A DNA stretch of 64,000 nucleotides from Haliotis rufescens. Lineage: Eukaryota. Numbering within the stretch: the first letter of the stretch is position 1; each line of letters starts with the position of its first letter. A program made the translations under genes and the position numbers. The stretch lies in assembly GCF_023055435.1 (NCBI RefSeq), contig NW_025963957.1, positions 1,984,001 through 2,048,000 of the forward strand, given 5' to 3'. A model generated the notes under the pieces. That model did not search any database, was not told the DNA's origin, and worked only from the letters and a program-made list of their open reading frames with translations. Below are positions 36,773 through 48,744 of the stretch, one piece after another.

Positions 36773-37600
36773 TTGGCATGCAAGCGCTTTCTAGGTGTCA
36801 AATCGTTTTCAACACCCAACAACATGGTTCGAGGTGAATGTGGGCGGTATCCATTATATCTTTATGCATGCAAAAGAGTTGTTGGTTATTGGATAAGGTT
36901 ATTGAGTATGTCCGATTGTCGCTTTCCAAAGAAATGTTATTATGTGATGCTTCAGGCAGAAAGTAATGGTAAAATTAATTTGGTCTCAAAATGTAAATCT
37001 TTATTGTGCAATCTGGGTTTTGGCTCTGTATGGGAAAACCAGTGTATAAGTCATCCTCATTCGTTTTTATCAGAATTTATGTCGCGTCTGAAATGTAGTT
37101 ATGAACAGGATTGGCATAGTCTTCTGGAAAAGGGTAGTAAATCTTTCTCTTATTCTCTATTCAAGGTATCGTTTGGTACAGAGTTGTATCTTAGCTGTGT
37201 GACCGTCAATAAATTGAGAGTGGCGCTTTCTCGGTTTAGATGTTTTTCGCATCACCTATGTGTTGAAACTGGAAGATACGCTAATATCCCACGTGACAGA
37301 AGACTATGTTGTGTTTGTAATGCTGGCTATGTGGAGGACGAGTATCATTTCTTGTTAGTTTGCTCCAGTTATAACAAGCTACGCGTGGATCACTTACCAC
37401 AAAAATATTGTGAATATCCGACCAAACAAAAAATTAATATAATTATGTCTACAACTGATTGTAAATTAATTGAACGTCTAGCTATCTATGTCTATCAAGC
37501 GATGTCACTTCGTGGTACATTATTGTCACTACAATAACAGCTGTGTACATCACGTCCATTGTAATACAAATGTAACTATGGGCCGATGGCCTACACTTAC
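36773..37600 (+). mobile_element. Non-LTR retrotransposon 3' fragment (RTE-X/CR1-like C-terminus)
   Basis: STPNNMVRGECGRYPL, ALSRFRCFSHHLCVETGRY, LCCVC...VEDEYHFLLVC; 3' hairpin gggccgatggcct. Confidence 0.85.
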
Positions 37601-39400
37601 GAAAAAAACGAATTGAACTGAGAAATGAGCTATATTTAAAATACAATGAACTATTTTGATAGGTGTAGACATAAAAACCATCTCTAGAGTGAAACCTTAT
37701 TACTCCGGACACAGTTTTGTCGGATGATCTGGTTAAGAACGTCTATTAATGTACGAGTATCGTAACACCCTGCCGATGTGTGTCTCGTTAATTCGGTTGA
37801 TTGTACTCGGAATATCAGGTTGTCACTGTGGACATTAAGGAGAAGAACGTCAATACTTTCATAACTGTATATCGCTGCAGAGCTTGCAATTGCTTTAAAG
37901 AAACGGGATTTCGAAATAGTGACGGATCAGTGTTAACAACTGATGACGTCTTCAATACAAAAATCCTCCCATTCTTCAGTCAAACATACTGGGAGGTCAA
38001 CATTCGGATTTTTATATTGTTGAGAAACACATGGCTCATGGTTGCTTACACGACCCCACCGTCAGGACACTATATCTACTTCACATCAACACTTACATCG
38101 TCGACAACTACAAAGCATGCTTCATATACGTTGTTGCAACTTATTGCCAAGGAGAATATGACTTTGTTATTAACACCTCAAAATGTCATGCAACTTTTTT
38201 ATGTTTGCTAACACAGAAGTGTATGGAATGTGTTTTTCGCCGAACACAAAATTGAGACTGTGGGTTTCATAATCAATTTAAGTTACACTTGCCTTTTATT
38301 TAAGCCGTTGTATGGTTGTGACTGATGGCTATTCCGAAGAAAGATAAAGACGGCGTATGAGTAACATAAAAAAGACGCCTTCACTGCTAAAAAACTAGTT
38401 TATATCGTTGACAGTAGTTTCTTCAGGATATTTTTTTTTTAAGATCTGTATAAATTAACTTATCACTGACACTTTCTGTGAACCAGTTGTGACCATTCCC
38501 TCTAGTTAACAATTAAGGATTCCTTATCAGAGACATCCAATCAAAAACACACAAAATGTGGAATAGCTAGCATTGCAGCTGTTTGACTTGAATCATACAA
38601 ATTTGCGATGTTCTTCACATAAGGTCTTAATACTGGCGTACCCGTGTCATGTGTGTGTATATACGTGATACGTGATCTGTTTTCCCCGACAATAACTTGG
38701 TTCATTAGAACGGTATAATTATACAAGATCAAACGGGGTATAGCTGAACAAACAACATTTGCAACAAGGTGTATGTGCGTGTGCGTGCGTGTGTGCGTCA
38801 TTTTGGAGGAAAAATTTCATGAAATTGTTTTCATTACATTAATTCCTGACTATTTCAGACTGAATCGGCAACTATGTACGTTTATGAAGGCATCTTCCTA
38901 ATTTGTGTTGTAAAACGCTACAATAGCAAGAACTAATAATAATGATAATAATAATAATCCCTTTTTACAGCATTTTTTATTTTAAGCTGTAAATAATATT
39001 AATAATAATAATAACAATAATGATAAGCAAAGGCTCGTTTCAACAAATAATATTAACTTACAGATGTAAACAAAATATCACACTAGCTACAAACAACACT
39101 ATCTAGAGTCCTGCCACGTCCATTGTTTTATCAACATACAGACCTTATTATCATATAACGTCATCGATGATGGCACAGAAGTAAGAGTATCATAAAAATA
39201 ATTATAACAAGAGAAAGCAGTAACTGTAGAAGTTTATGCTCCTTAGCAAGGTCCACGCAAAACAGGGAAACAATAAAAGCTTTGATTGATGCGCAGGTTG
39301 CCGCACTTGAGTAATTAAGTCACTCTGACGTACAAGGATACATCTTGATTTATCATGTGAACAATCCGGAAACATGTAGGTCATGTGTGTCTACTGCAGC

Positions 39401-39495
39401 AATGGCGGCAGTGGATGACGTACCTGAGACACAGAGTTTGATTGACAGCTGTCACGTGACTACAGAGGCAGGGCACGAGCCGAGAGTATATAAGG
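39401..39495 (+). promoter_or_regulatory. Proximal promoter of gene A1: TGACGT half-CRE, GTCACGTGAC E-box, TATATAA
   Basis: E-box 39451-39460 and TATA 39487-39493, conserved upstream of A2 and A3. Confidence 0.7.
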
Positions 39496-39564
39496 AGACA
39501 CTGGCCCAGTCTAAGCCAGCGACTGTGAACACCTCACGAACCGAGTTTCACACATCATCCTACC

Positions 39565-42250
39565 ATGGGAAAGGTATATATCTATATCTGATTTATTTCT
39601 TAGAAATGGCTTATACCTTGAAATATATTTTAGATTGAACTCACTGAGAGCATTTATCTATGTGTAGAATTCATATATCTAAGTGAAATGAATATGTTAT
39701 CTTCATTATATTCTTAATGTGTGATACCGTTACGTTAAAAGTAGCATTTTATCATTTAGAGTGAGTGAGTATGGTTTTACGCCGCTTTCAGCGATATTCC
39801 AGCAATATCACGGTGGTTATCATTTAGAAACGGCGGGCGATATTGTCATCAACACATTGAAATGTATATATTTATAACAACTATTCAAAAGGTAGTAATC
39901 CTCAATGTTTAAAGGTTATGGTTCAAATGGGCCGTTTATTCTAGAACCTTTTGGAAAAAAAGGGACATCACAGCAATAAAATATCCCTTTTACTATGACA
40001 TAAGTATAAGGGTGCGCTGTACACTATACATAATATGGCCAATTATAAGATGTAGTTTTTTTGGCATTCAGTGTATATACAGCATCGCAGCGATAGTTTG
40101 CCTCGTCGCCATGACGACGGCCCTTCCCCCTCTCCCCACTCCCGCCTGCTATTCCAAGCAACTTTCGTCTGACCAAAGCTATGACCTCAGCTTTGTCTGC
40201 AATGACGGAAGACAATACCCCGAGTAAGTACATTTAGCAACGTAGCAAACAATTGACAGGACAGGTCGGTTTTATTTCGTTAGAAACGTCCTTTTTCGCT
40301 AGCGAAAATACCATTTGAATTTCCATATATATTAATTCAAATGAAAACGAGTCATATTTATACATAAGGCGTAAGTACCAATAAGTCAAAATGTCGATAT
40401 ATATTCATTTTGTATGACATACCACGTACGTTTGAGTCGAATGTATATGTTATAAGAGTTAATGTACCGTTAAGTCGAAGTGTCTGACATATTCACTTTG
40501 GACTATATAACATGTACCTCTAAGTGGCATAACCGACATGCGTTGATGCACCGTTAGGTCGAAATGTCTGACATTTTACTTTGTCTCCAGACAGGAGATC
40601 GAGGAGGCTCTGTACTACGCCGACGATCACTGGCGTATCTACCTCAACCTGACATCCACCTGCTTCCAGGACCAGGACACCTACTTCTTGAACAAACAGT
40701 AAGTGACAAATCCGGAATAATGAATCTGGATTAGGGAGTAATGTCCCTATAGTTAATTTAATCGTCCACGATAAGCACGTCTTGAAAACTGGTTCACCAT
40801 CCACTATCAATGACTTTGATAATTCATGAGAAACATACTGATAAAATGTAGAAAGAGAACATTAAAATATTGTGGTCTAATGTTCATTGCTCTATACAGT
40901 GAAAAGCTCCATGTTAACAAAATAACGTTACTGTTAAATGTTGTACGTTGTGTATTTAGTTCAATGCTTGTTTTCCTGGTATCCATACGAATTATCATGC
41001 CAGATATTCACTTCCCCCTTTAGCCATTCCCGTAGTTCTTTCAATAAGTATATTTGAGACCATGACATGTACAAATGAATTGCTGGTGTTGGCGAATGTT
41101 ACATTATTCAACATATATTGGCGAATGTTACAGTATTCAACATATATTGGCGAATGTTACAGTATTCAACATATATTGGCGAATGTTACAGTATTCAACA
41201 TATATTGGCGAATGTTACAGTATTCAACATATATTGGCGAATGTTACAGTATTCAACATATATTGGCGAATGTTACATTATTCAACATATACTGGCGAAT
41301 GTTCAATTTCAACATATATTGGCGAATGTTACATTATTCAACATATATTGGCGAATGTAACATTATTCAACATATATTCTGGAAACGTTATTTATTTGAC
41401 CTTGACATTGCAGCTCTGAGCCCAACTACTACAAGTTGAAGAGCGTGTGCAACACCACTCGTACCATGGTGCACACCATCTATGCCATGGACGGTCAAGT
41501 CTGCCACGTTGTCCGCCCTATGTCCCAGAAAGTCTTCTACGCCACATGCGGGTAGGTACACAGCTATGTTATTTTAGAAAGTTCTTATATGTTACTAAAA
41601 CTCATAAAGATGTATTAATGAAGAAGGTTTGATTCTAAAACATACAGACGCCGACAAAATCAAACAAATAATTCTTGGAGTAGTTTGAAATTGTTTTTAT
41701 AAATTTTAGTATTCAAAGGAAGCTTAAGCGAATCAAAACCCTTTACGTATATTGTCCACATTCATATATACACATTTATTGTATAAAAATAAAGGTATAA
41801 AGGATAAAGAACTTTTGCGAAATAAAGGATTATCGACAGGGCAATAATGATAACAATCTACATATCGATACTTAATGACTTAAATATTACTTATTTACGT
41901 TATTAAATATGTATTGTTTGTTTTACAGAGGAGAATGTAACCTTGGTTACGACGGCGTGACCGGCTATCACTGCATTCAACGCGGCATCACCTACCGCAA
42001 CTTCCTCGGTTACTGCCGTCTCCCCGACTCCGCAACCTTCCCAGAATCTTCCCCCATCTATGCTCTTGACCCCTCCGTCGACAACTTCTACGACCCCCGT
42101 GTTGCCCCACCCACCCACCGCATGCAGCACACCCCCCTCAAGAGCGGGGGCCACTACAAACCCAAGGGCTACTTCACGGAGTTGAGCGTTACCCTCCCAA
42201 GCTACTGCGGCTGCAGGGGATATTTCTGCCCCCACGACAGGATTCTTTAG
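39565..42250 (+). CDS. Secreted Spaetzle-like cystine-knot protein, type A, copy A1 (242 aa)
   Basis: Exons 39565-39573, 40072-40223, 40591-40698, 41414-41551, 41929-42250 (GT-AG, phases 0,2,2,2; 729 nt). Signal peptide MGKCIYSIAAIVCLVAMTTA; prodomain C..D..YP..EI..AL; knot VCNTT...QKVFYATCGGEC...CIQR...LPSYCGC. Confidence 0.88.
41087..41380. repeat. 29-bp minisatellite (ttggcgaatgttacagtattcaacatata) in intron 3 of A1
   Basis: About 10 tandem copies; only a single related unit at the equivalent position in A2 (about 53461-53492). Confidence 0.95.
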
Positions 42251-42899
42251 ATAATGACTACGTTCTTTAAGGCACTGGTACGATTTGAACCTGGACTAGT
42301 GGACCAATGAACCAAAGTAAAACCAATTTTTTATACAAGCATTTCATTTTTGATAAATGAAAACTATTTTTTAAGAACCAAAATACTTTACGATTTTTTA
42401 ACAATCTTTTCAACGAATTGGAAATTGCAAGTGTTATTTTGTACACAGGTCACTTTTTTCAAATTATGCTTCTGTTAAACTTATAATTTTTTTGCACTTT
42501 TATACCACAATGTGATCTCGGTCTTAAGTTGGCAAATATGTTAATTGTAAATATTTTGCGAATTCCATGTAAATACATCCAACAGGATGTTGTGAATATG
42601 TATTTATATGTTCCATCTTTGTACAGTATAAACTGACATCATCATTACTTGTGCGCGCATGTATTTTATGTACAGATAATAATATGTGAAAATAAAAGCA
42701 ACATGAAAATATGTACTGTTTCTGCTTTGATGATTATTGCTAATTTTGGCCAATGAAACATAAACATGACTATATCTGACTGATTTCACATTGGTCGAAG
42801 ACACAAATGCATAATTAGAACTTAAGTGAAACTCCGTTAATACGGACCCGGTATTCCGGAATCACACTCCTCCGTCCGATCACTGTGGTGAGTGAACGT

Positions 42900-43390
42900 A
42901 CGTACATACAGTTGCTCTTCTCAAGACAGTATGACAAGAGGGATGACTTCAACTTTCCAATAGTCAACTTTCAATTTGTGCCAAACGATATTCCTGCCGC
43001 TCCAGCCTTTGGTGTCTGCATTTCACAACTCTTTCGTTACAATCGAGCAGGTTCTTGCCACGAACATTTTAAAACAGCGTCACACGTCTCCATACTCCAT
43101 ACAGCTGTCTGATCTTGGTTACAGCAGTCAAAACCTCAGCAAAGCATTCAAAACGTTTTATATTAGATATGTGGAGGACATTTACCAATTTGAAGCACCA
43201 GTGACAAAGATGATGCCCGATGCAATTAATCTGTTTTGACTTGTACGATATGCTCCGTGTTGTTTTCAGGTGAACCGTTAACTTGCCTTTGCATGTGTTT
43301 ATGACGGATGCCAGCGGTTTGGCAGGATACGCTCACCTTTTCCCGAACCTGGTATCGTTACTATTTGATAGTGATTCATAAACAGATGCT
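42900..43390 (+). mobile_element. Penelope-like element RT C-terminal fragment
   Basis: YDKRDDFNFPIVNFQF...IPAAPAFGVCISQLFRYNRA. Confidence 0.8.
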
Positions 43391-43842
43391 TTTGATGCAG
43401 TCGGGACCGTACAAAAGGACTCTCCTTTTAGTGAAGGATTTATGAAAATCTTTGTTTTTGTAACTATTTGATAATAGATTAAATCGGACATTTGTTCATC
43501 CAGATGATGGTACATATACTATTACTGTCCAGATAAACGGTGTCGTTGTATATAAAAAAATATTTACCATTGACAAAAATCTAACTGATTTATTAAAATA
43601 TATCAACTCTGTAAAGACACGAATATTTTACCAACAATAACCAACCATCAGTTGCCTGTAAATATGCCAATCTAGAACACCTGAACTACACCAGTGGTAA
43701 TTGTTCCGATATGATGGTGCTCTCAGATTGTAATTTTTCTTCTTTTCGTTATGAAATAATCCCCCACGTCGCTTGCAGCTTCCATGCTTCCACGTCTATA
43801 AGTTCATGACAAAACATCGACGATACCCTTCCAGACATTGTA

Positions 43843-44140
43843 GGGACCGCCTCCGTGGTCTAGTGGTAGAGCGTCCGCTCGGAGAGCGGGAGGTCCGGGG
43901 TTCGATCCCCGACCGCGTCAAACCAAAAGACGTTAAAAGATGATACTTGTTGTTAGGTTGTCTGGCGCTCGGCATTAAGGCGCTAAAACAAGGACTGGTC
44001 GGCACGGAGTCAAAAGTGTCTGCACTATAAATCGGCCTCAGCCCGGACTAGTATAAACAGTCACACACACACACATGCACGTCGCTATATAGGTGCAATA
44101 ATTTTGGACGTGACGGTAAACCACATTTCACCTCACCCAC
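43843..44140 (+). mobile_element. tRNA-derived SINE, family 3 (conserved central-domain type)
   Basis: gtggtctagtggtagagcg...ggttcgatcccc head, ggcgctcggcattaagg core, (cacct)n tail. Decayed relatives near 25440-25620 and 60080-60270. Confidence 0.75.
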
Positions 44141-44169
44141 CTTCAGACATTGTATCCATCGGACTCAAA

Positions 44170-45800
44170 GTCAATGATATTTATTGTATGTAAGGCCTCC
44201 GGCCCATATACAAAAGGGTTACAAATAAGTAGTTTTTACATATTTGGATATATACTCTATATATATACTTATTTCTGAGGGAAATTGCATTATTAACATA
44301 TACAACCTATTTTAATATGACAGCATCTTCTTTTGAAAAAAGAAGAGAAAAAACAGGTACGGGATAATTTGACAGATAGCGTTCTCGTATAAACTGGTTT
44401 CTTAGATCACAATAATAAGGACATACAAAAGTAAAATAAATTAAATTTTATATAGCTGAATGACATAATGGGCATCACCTCTTCGACTTTTCTTCCTTCA
44501 TTTATCATGAGATCTAACAATCCGAGCCTAAATTGAATAAAAAGACGTCGAAGGGTTTCATTCTTTCATTCAGTGCCACCTGACCCCTCTTCTATAATAT
44601 GACAATATTTCTTTTATCATAGTTAACTGATTGATAATTTCCACTCTTTGGTGAAACATTCTAAAATGTTAAGCTGTTATTGTAGTCCAACAACAGAATT
44701 TGATACTAAAATGACATCATCGGCAAAAAGAAGCATCAAAATGTCCGTTACATCTGGGAACATGTGAAGACCAAGTTTACCCTTAGCCACAATTTCATAA
44801 TATAATTCATTAATAAAAAATAAGAACAATATCGGGCTCAAGATACATCCTTGTCCTAAGCCAACAGGATAGTCAAAGAAGTACACATGATATATTATTT
44901 GAATACATAGCTTTTAATAAAGAGTACATTTCCCCCAGAAGACCAGTAGTTCTTAAACAGTACTATAGTTTATAACGATCAACGGAGTCAAAAGCTTATT
45001 TTTTTAAAAATCGACAAAGGCTACATACACTTTGTGCTTACGACGTGATAGACATTTTTGAATAATCGCATATAATGCGAATATACGATCTGAAGTTGAG
45101 TACTTTTTTCTAAAACCAGCTTGAGTTTCGGGAATTTTATCACGCATGTTAGCCAAATTCGTAATCCTAGAATTAAGTACTGATATAAAAATCTTTCCAA
45201 GAATACTCATTAAGGATATTCCCCTATAATTGTCCGGATTGTTTAAAAACTCCTTTCGTGTGTATTAGTATAATTACCGAACAAGACCAGCTTCTGGGAA
45301 ATATACCACTGTCAAACATCCTATTGAAACATTTTTGACGAAAAGGCCTCATCTCAAATTTGGAACATTTTATCATATCAGTAACAATATGGTCAGGACC
45401 AGCAGCTTCCCACAGTTTAGATGCATTATAGCGTCCAGAATTTCATCCTGTGATAGGTGATTCTAAAATATGTTTGTCAACAACAGTATAACATGGAGAG
45501 GAAATATCCATAATATCGTCAAACCAACACTGTCAGTGTTGAAAACAGTGTAATTGGAAAAAAAAAACTTTCATAAAACGTATATGCCACTAAGCCTTTG
45601 AGATACTATCTATTCTATTTGTCTGCTTCTTAATGAACGTATTTGTTTCCAAAACTAAGAAGGAGAATGGATAGTATCACCATGTGTATTAGCCTAAATT
45701 TACACAAGTCATATTTATATTTCCTACAGCAGAATTTGTTGTGATTTCTCTTTTTGCAGTACATGTTTTTATTAGAGTCACTACGTCTACATCTAATTGT
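44170..45800 (-). mobile_element. Decayed non-LTR retrotransposon (RT domain)
   Basis: YRGISLMSILGKIF, QAGFRKKYST, VAFVDF, GLGQGCILSPILF, LLFADD. The 3' hairpin gggccggaggcct resembles that of 36773-37600. Confidence 0.85.
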
Positions 45801-46002
45801 ATAATTGTCGCAATTGTGTGAGTGAGGTTAACGCCGCTTAGAACCACGTTAATTCAGTAATATAACAACAAATCAGCTTAATATTGGAGGAAAGCCCCAA
45901 AGTAGCTGAGTGATGAAATGAAACCAACGGGCACGTCTGTAGTGTTGACAGACAAGAGAACAATAATAAATTAACTAGCTGTTCTCTTCACAGTATAAGC
46001 TT

Positions 46003-46190
46003 TGTCTGTTTGTTGTCTAACGCCGCACTCAGTAATAGTCAAACTATGTGACGGCGGTCTGGAAAAAATCGAGTCAAGACCGAAATTGGGATACGATGAC
46101 ATGCATCGACCAAGTCAGCGAGCCTGACCACCCGATCCCGTTAGTCGCCTCTTCCGACAGACATAGTCGCCTCTTACGACAAGCATGAGT
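46003..46190 (-). mobile_element. SINE-like repeat, family 4
   Basis: Homologous to 34292-34555. Confidence 0.7.
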
Positions 46191-46896
46191 TGCTGTCAGC
46201 GTACAGGCTGCTTTCAACGGGGAGCTCCCGTGTGCCTGATTAGGATGCCAGTATCTCATGCTTACAGTGCCTGCCGACTAAAATATGAGCTGGGTTCTTT
46301 TAGACTTTCCTCCATGTCGTGGATAAGCTGAATTTAGACACTGGTGTTTTGAATAGTTTTCGAGTTGTATACAGAGGCGATAAAAGCCTTTTCGTTATCA
46401 CACGACATCTCTGCTAAAAACTGAGTCCATTATATGATTCCGACTACCTAGTTCATAAGAAACGTGTTTATAAATCACTGTGAAATTGTGATGAAAGGTC
46501 ACTTAACACAGGCTACAGATGCTTACTTCTTAAAAGCAGCTATCAATTCATAAAGGGCTTGGTATTTTTTGTTTTATGTAATAAAATCACAGGACTCTTT
46601 ACAGAAGTTTATTTAAATAAATTGCCTGTTTTGTGACGATTCCCAAAGGGACACCATGCTCCATTGTCTGTTGCCCATTTTCAATGACTGCAATAATATT
46701 AATGTGAGACATTGACACATTGTGTCTGTGTAATGAGAATAACTATTTGTTACTTGACTGATCGAAATAAAAAAACTTTAAAAAAAATGTGCAGATGGGT
46801 ATTGCATATTGCTCTAATGCAATTTGGCCCAAATCTAAACTCGCGTTAGGTTCAACGAACTACCTGGAAAGAATTGACAACGAAACATTGGAGCCA

Positions 46897-47170
46897 CATG
46901 TGCGTATGTGTGTGCGTATGCGTATGTGTATGTGTATGTGTACGTGAATGCGTATGTGCATGCGTATGTGAATGGGTATGTGTATACGTATGTGTATGTG
47001 TATGACTATGTGAATGCGTATGTGTATGCTAATGTGTACGTGAATGCGTATGTGTATGCGTATGTGTATGTGAATGGGTATGTGTATACGTATGTGTATG
47101 CGTATGCATATGTGTATGTGTATGTGAATGCGTATGTGTATTCGTATGTGTATGTGTATGTGTATGCGTG
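46897..47170. repeat. (TATGTG/TATGCG)n hexamer microsatellite
   Basis: Directly visible. Confidence 0.9.
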
Positions 47171-47559
47171 GGCTTCGGGAAGAACTGTGTCATTCTATGT
47201 TCTCTTGTGTCGAGTGATTCAATTTGTATGCATAATATCATCATTCTCTTTGAACTGATAGTTTTGAACACTTTGTAATTCTGGAACTTGATGTGTTGTT
47301 GTAAGAGATTTCGCTACATGTTTGGTATAACTTTGATACAGGGTTCTAAAATAGCTCACCCATAATATAGATTACAAGGGGGATTTATATGTCTTATTGT
47401 CATGGTTATACCCATATTATCAGTTACCAGTGAGTTAAATGACCCACTACATGCCAGAACGAGTGATGCATGTCAACGTATCCCTTTTGCGTAGTCCCAC
47501 AACTCCCGCTGATACAGAGATATAGCACAACGAGGAAACGTTGTATTATCTTTAGCTAG

Positions 47560-48140
47560 CATCCCCATGGGCACCAACTGTGCTCCCATTCTTGCTGTCC
47601 TGTTTCTTAATGCATATGAGTCGGGATTTCTTTTCAGATTGGCAAAAGTCAAAACAAGGTAATTTGGCCAAGATGTTTAACCTGGGCTTCATGTGTATCG
47701 ACGATCTGATAACGTTCAATAACTATCAAATAGTCAATTCACTTCCTCTGACGTACCCACCTGAACTACAAATTTAGGAGACCAGTGAGACCGCCTCATC
47801 TGTTTCATGTTTCAATCTATGGACAAAGAATCAGAGTGACAAAACACTCTCCACGAGACTGTATGACAAGAGGGATGACATCAACTTTCAATAAGTCAAC
47901 TTTCCATTCATGTCAAGCAGCTCCACCCTTTGGTGTCTACAATTCATAACTTTTGAGATACAATCGAGCATACCAAGATTACAAACATCATCGTGCGACT
48001 TTTGCTCAGAAGTTGTTTGATCAAGGTTACAACATCCAAGGCTCCAAGCTTACAAAGGTTTATGGTAGACATGAGGAGGACATTTCCAAATGTGACGCAT
48101 CGGTTGATAAAAACATGACGTCCGATGCTTTTATTTATTT
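47560..48140 (+). mobile_element. Penelope-like element RT fragment (decayed)
   Basis: IPMGTNCAPIL, CIDDLITFNN, YPPELQI, LYDKRDD. Confidence 0.8.
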
Positions 48141-48308
48141 TGAACAGGGATGTTGGTGGATGTCAATGTTCAGTTAGCCATGTGACGTAACATGGAAAGT
48201 CTACTTGTTCATATTGTTTTTGTCACAACTAGGCAAACAACAAGTTTGCTTTCGGTTTGTTTTATATTCATTTTGTATAAACCATTCACAATAAAAAACA
48301 CCGAAAAA

Positions 48309-48400
48309 GAGTGAGTGAGTGAGTATGGTTTTACGCCGCTTTTAGCACTATTCCAGCCATATCACGGCGGGGGACCCCAGAAATGGGCTTAACACATTAC
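48309..48400 (-). mobile_element. SINE family 1, 3' fragment
   Basis: (gagt)n tail and ttttacgccgcttttagc. A similar fragment lies at 39760-39815 in A1 intron 1. Confidence 0.75.
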
Positions 48401-48744
48401 ACCATAAAAGAAAATACACAAGTATTATTCAGAGAGATTTATTATTACACAAAGTTGGCAACACAACAAAATGTACACGTTATGTACAATATAAACAAAC
48501 TATTTACATGTGCGAGCATGATATATTTACAATGATAATATATAATGTCACAAATACTTCAAAATCAATACGATTAAAAGCATTTTTGTAAGGTCGAAAT
48601 AAACAAAGTTCACAAAACATTGTCCTTCTTGTTCTCAAGTGTTCCTAACATAAACGAATAAATGTTTGTATTCGGCATGACGCTGAGTCCCACTATTACA
48701 CATGCGTAAAAGTACGACTTCGCAGAGGGAGTGTAAACCATGGT

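Noticed and set aside
37801-38255. 136-aa and 74-aa ORFs upstream of A1, considered as a possible lost B partner
   Set aside because: No recognisable similarity to type B or to any family I know.
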